DNA of 64,000 nt from Lama guanicoe (taxonomy: Eukaryota): assembly GCA_013239625.1 (NCBI GenBank), contig MU053136.1, positions 204,017-268,016 of the forward strand, written 5' to 3'. Position numbers and translations under genes: made by a program. The notes under the pieces are model-generated. The model saw nothing but the letters and a program-made list of their open reading frames with translations, ran no database searches and was not told the DNA's origin. Positions 30,801-44,110 of this stretch are shown here, one piece after another (the stretch's first letter is position 1; every line of letters starts with the position of its first letter).

Positions 30801-32116
30801 GGAAGGAGGGAGGATGGCACCCCCTTTCCCCTCACAGGTGATAATCACCGTTCCCTCTGACCCCTTCAATCCACACGCCCCTGCCCCTCTGCCCCAAAAT
30901 AAAAATGGAGGCGCAGTCCCAGTCTTTGGAGGGAGGGGGTGGTGTCGTGGAACCGAAGGTAGGAGGTTAAACCCCTTTGAGACGCCACCCTTCTCGTTCC
31001 CCCTCCTGGGAGGGGCTCGCCCCCCTTTCTTCTCCAGCCAGCTGTGTGGCGCCTTCTGGGAACTGGTGGTGGGTGGGTGGGTGAGTGAGAAGTGTCGGTT
31101 TAGGTAGATGGGGAAGAAGGGGTTGATTTTTCTGTGATCCTTTTTCTAGAAGGGCCTTTAACAAATATGAGATAGGAAGAGTCATATTAAAAAGAAAACC
31201 ATTGGCTCTGAAAAAAAAAAAACAACCCAAGACTAAACTGTTTCAATCCCCTCTCTCAACTGCCTTTTCCTGGATTGTTACCTTCTGTGACACCCCCAAA
31301 ACCTGCTCTCAGATGGGTATTGGTAAGTGCCTCTGATTTTTCTCTTTCCACAAACAGGGATACCCAGGCTGATGCAGAATGAGAAGTGAATACATTTTTT
31401 GAAAAAATGCCTTAGAGTGGTGGTGGTGTCACGTCTATGGTTAAAATAGAGTTAAAAACTCTCAAGGGGAAAAAAAAAACCTCTTCGCTGTTCTGCTTCC
31501 CACATCAGAGCAATCTCCACCCCCAGTCCAACTCACTTCCCTGGGGCCACATCAGCCAGGTTTTTCCACCAGCCAAAAGATCTCCTCGGCCAAGCACTAC
31601 TGGATGGATCTCCCAGACTGGCAGCAACCTCTGCTCGTCCACCCCCTTTTCACTCCCCCTCCGGGCTGGATGGTTGGTCACTTTCTTCTCCACTTTCCCA
31701 GGACCCTGCTGTACTCTTCCTGCCCTCCAGACAGAGGACATCTTTCCCAGGAAGCCTGGGGGAACACTGAATTCCTTCTCTTTTAGCTCATGTTCGTACT
31801 GCTGATAGACTTGCTCACCTTTACAGATTCGGGGTGTGATCTAGTCGAGAACCCTGGGGGAAAAGGGAGGGTCATAGCATCTCAGTTGTCCCTGAACTCC
31901 CACAGAATTGGAGAATGTTTTCCATTCCTATGCACACCCCTTGCAACCTTTCAAGTTCACAGCTGTCTATCTAGGAATCCACATTCTTAGTTAGGGGCCC
32001 AACAACTTAAAGGTCAGAATTCTTCATCTGGTCTCTGCATCCCTAAGCACAGGCTTGCAAAAAACGGGAGGAGAGGGGGAAAGAGGCATTTCTGTGAAGG
32101 AATTTGGATTCAATAA

Positions 32117-32300
32117 TTTATTTTCTATATAGTGACAGCAATGAGTAAATATACAAGATATTTTTAATTAATTAATAAAACAAAAAGGTGAAAAACGGAA
32201 GCAACAATGAAGAAAACCATAATGCTTATGATGTATCAGCCAAATGGTCAGAAAACCCATTTCTAAAGAACAGCAGTTGCTGGTGTCATGGAGTTTTATT
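32117..32300 (-). terminator. PIP4K2C: Two AATAAA poly(A) signals of PIP4K2C (32300-32295 and 32122-32117)
   Basis: TTTATT on + at both sites, at the end of a 1.7-1.8 kb 3'UTR. Confidence 0.7.
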
Positions 32301-33947
32301 GCATTCAACAGGGGAAAGGAAGACGGCTGGAATGAAAAAGATCCATCAGGCTCCATCAGGAAGATAGTATAGGGGCTCCAATCCTTAACTGGGGACTCCT
32401 CTTGTTCCTTCCGTTGGAGCAGAAGATGGAGGAGAGGGAGAAATTCTCCTTTATGACCTCATGACTTCTTGTGAGACAGATCAGTCCAGCCAGATACAGA
32501 GCCAAGAGCCTTTGCACCCCCACAGGTTAGTTGCTGGTGCCCATCTTTGTTTTAGAGAAATGCAGATGCCTGGGAGGGGGGGTGCAGAATCAAAAGAATG
32601 TCTGCTTTAGCCCCAGAGGCATTGGAGGGAGAGGAGGACACCATCTCAGCTCATCAGGGTCCTCCGCATTCTGAGAATATCACGCATCAACTCAGCTCTC
32701 TTTGGAGGGGGCTGGGTGATTGAGTTACGGCTCTGACTCCTCTCTGGGGGTGGAGAGTGAAGATGACAAAGAAGGCCATCTGTCCCCTGGGAGACACAGT
32801 AGCAGTATAAGATGGGACAAAAAAGAACAGAAAAACAAATCCAACTGGAAAAAAGGGTTTCAGAAGGGGTGGGGGAAGGAAGTATACTAGGGCCACATTT
32901 CCGGGGAGTAGAGGAGGTCCCTACACGTGAGACCTCCATCTTCTTGAAATGACAAGGGTTGACCCAGATAGAGATATTCCTTCCCTTCTGTTGGGACTAA
33001 AACCTCATGGATGGCCAGACATGAAGAAAGGAAATTTAACATGAGGAATGAGCCTTACAGCCCTGGCCCATCCTCCTAGCCTCCAGAACTGGCCACACCC
33101 ACACTGAAGGGTTCCAGCCCCAGGAGGGATATGAGGTCCTGGTGAAGAGCAGCAACAGTCAAACGTTCCACCCTGGATTCAACACTTTGGTGGCCAGGCC
33201 ATCTCTGGGCTCCTGTGCCCAGAAGTACATGGGTCGGCGTGAAAGTCGGGTGCAGGAAGAGACTGGAGAGTAGTCAACCCTTGACAGAGACCTTCTCCAG
33301 GTCTTTGCATAATCACAAGAGTCCTCAGAGGTCCCACCTCCATGAGGTGCCAGGCTGCTGAGCACTCTCCACCCCACCTTTTAAGCTCGGCCACATCCCA
33401 TCATGTGTACGCATGTCTGCACCCACATCTGTAGTATCTTGGAACATCTTCCATCCCAGGGCCTACTGGGAAGGAAGCATGCCACAATGAGCTCTATAAA
33501 GTTATCAGCAAAATTCAGATACTCTTAGTGCATCTCATATGACAGAAGGCATCCAGAGTAGTTGCTTGAGCCAGGTCCATCTGTCCAGTCAGGTCCTGAA
33601 GATGGCAAACAACCCCCTTCCCCCAGCTCCTCCTAGGTTATGGAAACAACAGGACATCTTACAAAGATCAAGGCACTTGGGAGAGTCAACAGTAACACTC
33701 TAATGAAGCAAGCAGACTTGTTGAGGGGAAGGGAGAGGAGGAGGGAAGGGGAGAGAGGTCAATGTAATTCCGAGGGCCAAGAAGAGCCTAGTCCACAAGA
33801 TGGAGTTATTTGGATGGAAGGCGCTTGTAGCCTAAAGTCAGCAAAGGAGGAAGAGAAGTGGCCAGGATATCCACAATTGCCCCAAGCCTCTCAGAACCCC
33901 ACCACCTGGAACATAAAGCAGCAGTCACCATGCAATCAGGCCGTCTC

Positions 33948-36900
33948 TTAGGCAAAGATGTTGGTAATAAAATCCAGGAATCGCTTAGCATACTGCTCAG
34001 GATGGACAGTCGAGATCTCTGCCCCCGCCTGTGAGAAGAGGTATGGAAGATGGTGTCAGTGCCCTCCTTTCCCATTCCCCGCCCTCTGCGCCATCCAGAC
34101 CAATTCCATACCCAACCTCTCGTTCTTTTTCCACCCCACTGCTCTGACACGACTCTCTCTTCCCAAAGAACAGTCAAGACAGGAAAGGAAAGACTTGAGA
34201 GAACCCTCACCCCATGCTTGACAGTTTTGGCGGCATGAGCTGCTTTCTTCTTGGCATCATACTGTGTCAGGATGTCAATGAGGCCCATGAAATAAACCTC
34301 CTTCTGGGGGGCCCCTGGGTAGAGAGACCAGGGGAAAGAGACCAGCAGTGAACAGCAAGTGTAGTCCCAAATCCCTCTCCCCAGGAACCAGTCAGATCTG
34401 TGAAAAGCTAACCAGCTTCTCCACCCACCACCCTGGTCCCTGTTCCCCAGGAACTACCCTCCCCGTCCTTAAAATTTCCAGGATCTCTCACCCTCCGCGC
34501 TCCGGATGGCGTAGACATCAATGAAGGATTCAAACTCTCCAGGGCCCAGGGGCCGGTGGGAATGGATGTAGCCGCCGATACCCTCAGGGGAAGTACCATA
34601 GGAGCCCACCAGAGCAGGAGGCCCAGTCAGGCCGCAGTCCCCATCCCCCTCTGACTCCTCCTCCCGCACAGGTCCCTCCTCCTCCGGTTCAGAGCCCCGA
34701 ATGATGTCATGGATGCCCAGCAGAAGGCTGTAGTCCATGATCTTCAGCTGCACTAGGAACTGAGACCCCAGTGACAAATGAGACACCCCAGATCCTCCTC
34801 TCCACTCCCAAGTACCACCCTTATACCTCCACCCCTGAATTTCTGGGGCCCTCCTGGGGAAGTGTAAAAATTGAGGGTTGGGCGTATACTATTGCCCTTT
34901 GTTACCTAAATGTCCTGGTATCTAAGATCATCCTTTTAGCTCATTCCAGCCACTTCCTCCATAGGTCACCACTAGGGGTTTTCATGTCTCATACCCAACT
35001 CCCCTACATGCAGAAAACCCAAAGGGAAGGGGAGGAGTTCCCTCATATTGTGAATGGGAGAGACAACTGCCCTGTGGGGAGCAAAAAAGGGAAACAGAGC
35101 CATTTCCCCAGCACCCCAGTCATCACCTCCACATCTCTCTTTAGCTTCTCTAGAAAGACCTTCTTCTCCTCTTCACCAATATAGACTTTCTGGTTCTTGT
35201 TGAGAAAGTCCATATCCTTAAGGGTGGGCAATTCTTTCACCTGAGAATAGTTAAAGGCACGTCTTGCGACCGCAGCCCTTCCCCCGCGGTCGGTCGCAGC
35301 AAGCCCTGCTCCATCTGGGGCTCCGTCTCTAACTCGGGGGCCGCCAGGGGAGAGAGTCACGGCCCAGCTCTCATCTGGCTCCGCGCTGCGGTGCTGCCCA
35401 GTCTGTTCTCACCGCCATGGCTCCCCCAGCCTCAGTCACTGCAGCTACACCTGCTTTTTGCCTATGGTTTTCAGTCCAGACCCTCAAGCTGACTTTTCTT
35501 TCTTCCTCTTAAGCAGAAACAGCTGCTTGAATATGAAAGCTCAGAATGGGAGGTGGCAGGTAAGCATCTGGCTCTTGAAGTCCCCGAACCTTCCACATGG
35601 GATAACCCGTGCCAGCGACAAAGCAGCTCTTCCCGCCGCTCCTCCCCAACAATCCCTGGATCGGTGACAGTTCACATCTCTCTTCTCTTTGGTGGTTTAA
35701 GATAAAAATAAATAGCCGGTGATCCCTACTTCTTTATCCTAAGGAGATCCCTTTCACCTGCCCTCCCCCATCCCTCACCCTGTCACTTAAAGTTATATCA
35801 CCTTCTCCTTATCGCTGGCTTCCCGGGACACTAGCGAGCCCTGTGAAGAGACCCAAAGACTAAGTCAGCAAAAATGGCTAAAAGAACAGCCAGAACCCAG
35901 CTCCTAAGACAAGTGCTTAAACCCACAGCCCTCTTTCCTTTAAAATGAGTCATCGAGTGCCCTCCCTGGCCCTTCCCCACTCTCAGGTCATCAGGAGCCT
36001 CCCCGCTCCAGTGCTCACCATCCTCCCCTTACCTTGAGGTCATACTTCCTGTGCACAGGAAGACGATGGCTAAACATGTTGCGCATCACAAGCATGTAGC
36101 TGTCCTCGTTGTCCACGCTAACCCGGTACATGCCCAGGAACTGGGGCAGCAGCGTGCTGCCATGGCACTTCACAATGTACTGCCGTGGGAGGGAGGAAGG
36201 GAGGGGGAGTCTGAACAGCAGATACACAAACAGCCCAGGGATGGGAATTCAAATGCTACTGTTCCACAGGGAGGCAGAAAACTTCAAGTAAGAAGTTACA
36301 GAAGGTCCAAAGTGGTGGGGGCTTTCTAAAGATGCCCCTGGTTATTCAGTTTCTGAATCCTCATCTCCTCTGGTTTATTCTGTTCGTATGTCTCCTAATT
36401 TTAAATGTTAATGTTGTGTTTCATCTTTATCATTCCTGGAGACAGGGAAGGCGTTATTATTCTTGTTTTGGACCTTCCTTATGTGTAAGTGATCACGGAA
36501 CCAGGATTAGAAATCACATCCCTTTATCAACAAAATGATTTTATCTAGACCGATGTTTCTTGGTGGGCTAGATTCCCGTAGCAATAATGTTTGCATGATA
36601 TGACCTATAATTTGCATTCTTTTTTAAAAATTTATATTTTTTTGGAAGGGGGAGGGAGGTATAATTTGCATTCTTAAAAAAAAATTCCTCTTTCAATGCT
36701 ACCATCTCAGTATTGCTGCCCACTTCTCTCCATAGCCAACCTTCTCAGAAAATTAGTCAGCCATCAGTCCACTTCCTCTTTCTCATTCACACCTCAAATG
36801 ACTGAAATCAGATTTATACCCTCATTTCTCCTCTGAAATTTCCCCACTCCTTACTGCTTCACATCCCTCAGTTGTGAAATCTAACAGGTACCTGGCACTA

Positions 36901-39900
36901 CTACATTTCGAGTGGGTGGCCCTAGATACTACTGCCCAGCCTCTCCTTGTAACTCTTCACCCTGAGCTCCCATCACACTGCTCTGATTCTCCTCCCCTCT
37001 GCCTCAAATCCTGTATGGAATGAAGCAGGGAATAAATCATTAAAAGCATCCATCGACTCTTAGTCTCCTTAATGGGTTCTCTTCTCTATTTGCTCCTTAA
37101 GGTTCCGTCCTCAACCTTCTTTTCATTTCACCCTGCACTTCCCTTCAACAATCTTGTCTAAATTCAGTGATAATTAGCACCTATTTACCTGTAACTCTGA
37201 AATCTAGACTCCAAGTCTAATTCTCTTTCCTGAAACCCATACCCCAATCACTTACTGGACATCTATACCTGAATGACTGCAGAAACCCAAACTCAACATG
37301 CCTAAATCAGAACTGTCTTCCTTCAAAAACCAATTTCTTTTTCTGCTTCCCAACTGTTGGTGAATGGGCACCTAGTCATCCCCAGCCAGGAATTTGGGAG
37401 TGCCTTTGCCTTAATTCCCACAATTCTCTCAAAGGAAATGGAAAGCCATGCCCACCGCTGTCACTCCTCCAGGCCTTTGTCATTTCTCACCTGGACTATT
37501 ATAATTACCTCCTAACTGGTATCTCCACTCCCAGTATTTCCCCTCTGCAATCCAGTCTCTAAAATGCTGTCACGGGGATGTTTCTAAATAACATATATAT
37601 CACTCTGCTGCAAACCACCTTCAAGATGAAGCCCAAGCTCTTTGTGTGGCTTATAAAACCCTTCGCAGTCTGGCTCCTGCCTAACTATTTTTCCACAATG
37701 CCATATCCCAGCCACACTGAATTTCCTGTGGTTCTGCAATGCCAAGCTCTCTTGTGGCTCTGTTTTCCTTTGCCTAGAATGCTCTCTTCCATCTTGTCCA
37801 ATGGCTAGTCCCTACTAGTCATTCAAGAATCAACTCCCAGGATACTCCCTCTAAAAGACTCTCTTTGAGCCTCTCAAGTGCACCTCTTGCCCCAGGTGAG
37901 CCAGGATGCTCCTCCTCTGCCACCCAGGGCATTCTGAAGGTACCTCTGCTCCTTGCACGTGTCTTGCTGCGTGCTAACGCTGGCTTACCGGGCTCTACCA
38001 TTAGACCAAGAGATCCTCCAAGGCCATGGCCGTTTCATTCACTTCTTTCTCTACTGTCTAACGTAGAGCCTGGTTAATGACAGATATTCAGTATCTGTTG
38101 AATAACCAAAAACTCTTTTTAGAGTCTTTCATTTATTCCTTGCTCATTGATTTTAATGAGATTTTTCTTTAGTAGAAAGTATTCAGTCATGTTTTTATTC
38201 CCAAAATATTCCAGGCACTTCACATTCCAGCTTCATCTGATCAGACAAAACAGGTTCCCCTAATCCCAGTTAGAGCTGGATGTGATCATGGCATCTCCTC
38301 TCCAGTTTATCCCATTTATCCTGGTTTTCTCCCCAAACTGCATCTGTCCCTGATGGTACATTTGGTATTGACACTTCACCCAGGTCTGACTATAGTTAAT
38401 CCTTTACTCTACACGTGCCCTTCACGTATCAATCCACAGTGGTTTTAGGTTGTAAGCACCAAATGAGAAGGAACATGTCTAAACTCTTCTAGTTAGTGAA
38501 ACACAAACAGGCATATAGAGGCTTTCTTTGTGAAATGCCTAGTTTTCAAAAGCATGATGTCAAGTGCTTCTTGGGGAGCAACATGGGTTTTGGGAGGAAG
38601 AGGGGAAGGGTATCTCCCCATGCGCTCTGGCCGGTAAGCTGAATGGGGAGGGGAGGGGAGGAACGAGGCTGGAGAGAGGCTGACCTGGTGGTAGTTGGAG
38701 AGGTTGCTGTGCATGTCAGCAATGTCCTCACTGGATACTTCTTTGATGACCAGAGTCCGATCATAGGAGATAAGGAAGCGACCGTCACTGCCTTCAGTTT
38801 CACTCGGGGGGCTTCGGGTTAGGGACACCTGGGGACACAGGATAGGCTAGAGGCTCTTTTCTTTCCTCTTTATATGGAGAAGTAAGTCATAGGGATGGTG
38901 GTCACTGAGCACATCTGAAAGTGGACAGAACCCTAGCATAAGAGGATGAGCAGGGGTTCTAAATCTGGTGTCCATAGTTGGACTCAATGAAATTGAAAGC
39001 AAAATTTTTAATGTATCTACATTTTTTCCCCCAAGGACAGGGTTTACAGCTTTCATCAGATTTTGGAAGATGCCTGTGACCACAGAAAGGTTAAGAATCA
39101 TACTGGTCAAGGCCCTCACTTCTCCAAACATGACGGTCCCAGTGATTCCTCAGTTGTCAGGGAGAAAGGACTGCCCTCACCCCATAGTGGACTCTCACCA
39201 AGTAGTCCTGGTCATCAATGCCAAATCGATCACGGAGGTTCCTGAAGACCTGGGGACAATATTCCTTGAACTTGAAATGACTGGGCAGATTTTCCCTGCA
39301 ATAGGGGTTTTCAAGATAAGAAAACAAATTAACAATATTACCTTACATTTATATAGGGCTAGACAGTTTGTAAAACACCTTCACACGTATCATCTTATCT
39401 GATTCTCATAAAACCCTAGTGAGGGCCTTTAAAGGTGTATTATTCCCATTTTATAGAAGGGGAGACTGGCTCAGGGTGGTTGAGTGACCTGCTTAAGTCT
39501 TGTGACTTACAGTAAGTAGCTTAAGCAGAACCAGGATCTACTGCTCATCCAAACAGCAGCATTTCCCAAATCTTGAGCGAGTCAGAGACACCCTTAAATC
39601 AGTAACAGGTGCCCCTGTTTTGAATGGCCTCTCCTGCTCCTAGGAGGGCTTAGAGGACTCGGGTAATTCTTTCAGGTTGTCCCTCTTAGATGCTAACAGT
39701 GATGGCATCCAAACGTATCTACCCAGGGAATCGCCAGGCTAGAGGTGAGATAAACTAGTACATGCAGCTAAGGGTGTAGGGAACACTGGAAATTATTTTA
39801 GTGGTTTCTTTACACAACACAATTAAATTTCTGCATTGGGAAGACCAGACAATACAGTACAACTTGTAAGTTGCCTTCTAGATCTAAAACCTTTAACGCA

Positions 39901-42847
39901 TTGAATCTTAACTCTGAAAATTATTTTTTAGTCTCTTCTAGGAAGGCTGACACGACAAGGGTGGGGATTCCTCCATACCTGTGGAAAAGGTGATTGTTGA
40001 CCTTGATTTTGGAGCTGGCCTTAAAGTCGTCAGGCAGCAGCATCACCGGGGGAGGCACCTGGCTGAGCTCATTGATCTGATAAGCCAAAACAAGAAGAGA
40101 GAGGCGGTGAGTAGGGGTGGGGAGAGCAGCTTATACACTGTGTCTGGGCAAGAGTCAGGAAAGGGCAACTCAAACCTCATTCCTTTAAAAACACTGGTTA
40201 TGCAGAGGTGAGGGAATGTCTGACCTCTTCTGCTGCCTAACAAGGCCTGCAGGAAGCAACCCTTGCACACAGCCCCTCACGCACACTCCCGCCCCCCTGG
40301 AACTTCATGCTCACAACAGTCATTGTATATTAGGCAAACCCTGCAAGCAACTCAGGACTATTTTTAAAGCTGTGAGAAATTCTAGAGAAAAAAGATACCC
40401 TTGGCAGACTCAAGACATTCAAAACAAACAGTTCCATGCTCCACTGGAAACAAAACAAAATGCATTTTCAAAGTACAAAGAGTTAATGAGAGTCCGAGGG
40501 GTCAACCACTGGAAGAATGAAAAGGCCATATCCGAAGGAGGCACCTCCCTTCAAACAGGACCAGTCTTTCCAGACCACTCTGACCCAGTTCTTTGCAATA
40601 GTTCCACACCTGCCTAGGTGTAAAGTAAAAGAAAAGCAGATGATTTCAGTGGGAATGCAGGCAGGTGGAGGATATGAGATCATTAGGCGTCTGTTCACTA
40701 AAGGCAAGACAACCCACAGCCCAAAGGATGCAAGAAGCATCACATGCTCTCCTCAGCCCCCAGAATCAGCAGTCTGCTAATTCACGGTGGAAAAGGAGTT
40801 CCTGCACTAAGGAACCCTGAGGAGATGTGCTTTCTCCCCCGTTGCCACAGTGTCCTTCACCCATCTTTAATAGTGCACTTACCATGTGACTTTAATCACT
40901 AGTTTATGTGGGTTCTCCACCTAGGTTGTGAGCTCTTCCAGGGCGAGGACCAGTTCTAGTCATCTACATCTCTCAGGTGCCCAGCTAACACAGCATCTGG
41001 CACACGGTGGTCCTGACATGTTTATTAACTGAATAAACGGATGCCTTGTCTATCCTTACTTGATCGTTTGACAGAGGTTATGAAGTACAGTCTAACCTAC
41101 ATCCCATAACCTGCAGTGAAACCCAGCTCCTCTCATTCTCAGTAGAAAAGGAGGACAGAACATATTCCTCCAGGAAAAAAAAAAAAAAAGCAAGCTACTA
41201 GAGATTCCCAGCCTCAAATTCAGCTATAGTTCTTCATGCCCCCTCCTCGCCACCTGCTGTTAAGCAGGCTGAATCATCACTAAGACATATGTTCAAGGAA
41301 TTTCTCTATTCCAGACACTTAAAGTAAATGTGTGCTGGATAGAGAGTAGGGTACTGGGGCTAAAGTATATAGACCTAGGGAAGCTGAGGCAGGTCATATG
41401 TGTAATTCCCCAATCCTTATCAAAGGAAAGCCCTCCTTGTTAAGCTTCCCAAAGGGATGGATGGACCTGGAAAGTACAGAAGAGAGGCAGTCCTACCTCC
41501 CATCAGCCTTGCCCATATCAAGTGCCTTAGACCGAGTACTCCCGGATAAGATAACACCACCCAGGGAGCTGGGAGCCACCCACAGAGCCACAGATGCAAA
41601 AGGGGGTTGACTGACCCCAAATGACATTTTAAGCCACACATTAAGAATGTGACAAAAACTGCATTCTTCCTCATCCCCTTCCACCTCCACAACACTACCA
41701 TGACTATAACATTTCAAGGAAGATGAAGTTTTAAAATATTGCCTGTCCAATTCAAGGTCACTCCATCTTTCCCACTCCAGATCTGAGGGAAGCGGAGCGA
41801 TGGCTGTGTCACCTGAGTTATCGTCAGGAAAGGAGATGCGCTGGCCTCTTTGGCCTCCTCCTGATTTCCAGGTCATACAGTCTAAGGCAATTCCCTGCTT
41901 GTAAAATTCACCGCCATAGCGTTCCCAGCACCAGAGCTCCTGGATCATCTCTTTGGTCAAAGATGGCCCTCACTTAAATAAATACCATCACTCCAGCCAG
42001 CAATAGGTTGCAGTTAAGACCAAAGACTTATATACATTAAGTCCTGAGTGAGTGCAACTATTTTGCTTAGGGTGGGGCAGCTTCTCTGAAACGCTGTACC
42101 TCTGGAAGGGAAAGGAAGGGACATGCAGACTTAGAAGGTCCAGGAAGCCTGGAGCTTCCCCTAAAGCCAAGGTTCCAAAGTCAAGCACAGCGGCTGGAAA
42201 GCAAGGTGCAAAGGAAAGTGAACTATCCCCCTCATCAATTACCCTCCCTGCTCCACTTCTACAGTCACACTCACACTCTCACCGGAGACCTCACCACCAA
42301 CCCAAAAGAGCCACTCCCCCTAATGTCCTTCCAGACGGAGGCGGGTCCCGGCCGGTCTTCGTGGCCTGGGGCTGAGGCTGGAACTGGCAGGAAGGAGGCA
42401 GGGAGCTGGATTTCAGGTGGGGAAGACGGAAACAGAGAGAAGTAAACGGCAGAGGGAGGGAGGAAAGGCCCATGTTTAAAAAAACAGAGGTCTAGAGCAA
42501 GAAGGTACGCTGAGGGAACATCTGGAGGTAGGTGGGCAGGGACCAGGACGGCCCGGGGGAAAAGTGGCGGCGCGAGGGGCTCCGGAGACGGAAGCCGGGA
42601 AACAAGGACGCCCGGAGGCGCAGGAGCTGAGCGGTTCGGACAGGGCCGCCGCGGGGCGAGGGCCGGGTCTCACCGAGTGCGCTACGCCCCAGAGGAACAC
42701 GCCCACCAGAGGGTCGGCCGCCCGGAACACCTTCACCTTCTGCTGCACGAAATGCTTCTTCTTGGTTTTGGAAGCGAAGCCGAAACCCGTGCCGGGGGCC
42801 GCTGTCGCCGCCGGTACAGAGGCCGGCGGGACGGAGGAGGACGCCAT
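33948..42847 (-). CDS. PIP4K2C: Phosphatidylinositol 5-phosphate 4-kinase type-2 gamma, 421 aa, 10 exons
   Basis: Exons 42847-42674, 40076-39979, 39295-39199, 38828-38685, 36179-36033, 35840-35802, 35240-35127, 34759-34492, 34314-34211, 34028-33948. Sum 1266 nt. PIPK motifs [30 protein letters not shown] and EQYAKRF. Confidence 0.97.
36606..36675 (-). mobile_element. Extremely 5'-truncated SINE tail with perfect 16-bp target-site duplication
   Basis: TATAATTTGCATTCTT at 36606-36621 and 36660-36675 flanks a 38-nt insert. Its reverse complement is a C-rich stretch followed by an A-rich tail. Confidence 0.7.
36690..38105 (+). mobile_element. Long degraded L2 LINE in PIP4K2C intron 4
   Basis: L2-like motifs CCCAAACTCAACATGCCTAAA, CATTTCTCACCTGGACTATT and TTGCCTAGAATGCTCTCTTCC, ending CAGTATCTGTTGAATAA. 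Confidence 0.65.
38951..39105. mobile_element. hAT-Charlie-type MITE
   Basis: CAGGGGTTCTAAATCTGG...AGCTTTCATCAGATT...AGGTTAAGAATCATACTG, with imperfect inverted termini. Confidence 0.5.
39330..39550 (-). mobile_element. MIR SINE
   Basis: Antisense MIR core TATTATTCCCATTTTATAGAAGGGGAGACTGGCTCAG...GTGACCTGC. Confidence 0.7.
40850..41040 (+). mobile_element. L2 3' terminal fragment
   Basis: TGTGAGCTCTTCCAGGGCGAGGACCA...TGGCACACGGTGG...TGTTTATTAACTGAATAAA. Confidence 0.55.
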
Positions 42848-43340
42848 AATCTCCGGCGCACCCCACCGAGTGGAAGCCGGAGCCGGCCGCGCTGCGGGCT
42901 CCCGACCCCGGAAGCGGCGCTCACCTGAGCCTCTGTCACGTGACCGGAGGCCGGCCCGCAGGCGCGCGAGCGGGGCGGGGCGGGCTGACTCCGCCCCCTG
43001 GCGCCGGCCCGCCCGCCCCCACGCCTGCGCGCTGGGTGGGCTCACCTGGCCCCGGGGGAGGCGCGCGGAAGCTGTGTTCGCCGAGATCTGCGCGCAGTCC
43101 GCGAAGACCTGACCGGCGACCCGGGCGATGAGGATGCCACCTGATTAACCCCTCGGTCGAGGGCTTCTTTGCCGCAAGGTTGCCGCCTTCCGGTTTTGCC
43201 CAGTTTCCAGAATAACCTCCCGTCCGAGGCTAACCCGAAAGCATTTCTTCCCAAAGCAGGAGATCCCTTAAGCGGTTTTTGTGCTTTTAGAAGGACCGCT
43301 CAGGCATCATTCTGGAAGGTGTCCGGAGTATTGCGAACGT
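42330..43340 (-). promoter_or_regulatory. PIP4K2C: PIP4K2C CpG island promoter
   Basis: CpG-rich. Tandem GC boxes (GGGGCGGGGCGGG), ETS CCGGAAG about 42908, palindromic E-box GTCACGTGAC at 42935-42944. Confidence 0.85.
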
Positions 43341-43369
43341 CTAGGCACAAGATGAGGAACTAAAACAGT

Positions 43370-44110
43370 GGCTACTGGGATAGAAAGAAGGGGATGGCAT
43401 CTAGAGGTATAGTTTCATGTCGATTTGGAAAATTCTCAGAGAATGAGGAATTTTAGGGAAAGGGAGACGTTGAGAATGAATCCCAGGCTTCTGGCTAAGG
43501 TGAAGAGAGATGGCGGTGACATGAAGAGGAGTCTTTGGTGAAAACATGAGTTGGTACGTGTTTACACCTGAGGGCAGCTGGACGTATGGTCCCAGAGCTC
43601 ACCAGAATGGTCTGGGCTGGATATACAGATTTAATAATTGTGGAATCTGTCGGGGTGGATGACACCTCCCAGGGAGGGCAAGCAAGGACCAAGGGCTGAA
43701 CCCTGGTGTAGACCAGCACATGAAAGGCTAGTGGGAGAAGGCTGAGAAGGGGTGGCCAGAGAAGTAAAAGGGGCCAGGAGAACAGGTCACAAAAGCCAAG
43801 GGAGTCGAGTTTCAAGAAGGAAGGAATGGAGAGCAGTGTCAGATGTCATGGAGAGGTGCCCATTGTTTTTGGCAACTAGTAACCTTTGGAGAGTACTTTC
43901 AGCACAACAAGAGCCAGATCAAGTTGGGCTGAGGGATGAATGGATGGTGAGGAAGCAGGGAGGGGAAGCTTGGGACTTTTTCAGGGAATTTGGCTGTGAG
44001 AAAACAAGGTGGGGAGTGGCTTATAGAGAAACACATGGTAAAACCCACTTTGAAGGTAGACCTTACCGAGGAGAAGGGAAGAAATCACTGAGACAGAAGT
44101 TAACAAAGAA
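43370..44110 (-). mobile_element. Degraded L2 LINE, antisense
   Basis: Purine-rich L2-like text, e.g. GGTCTGGGCTGGATATACAGATTT and GTTTCAAGAAGGAAGGAATGG. Confidence 0.55.
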
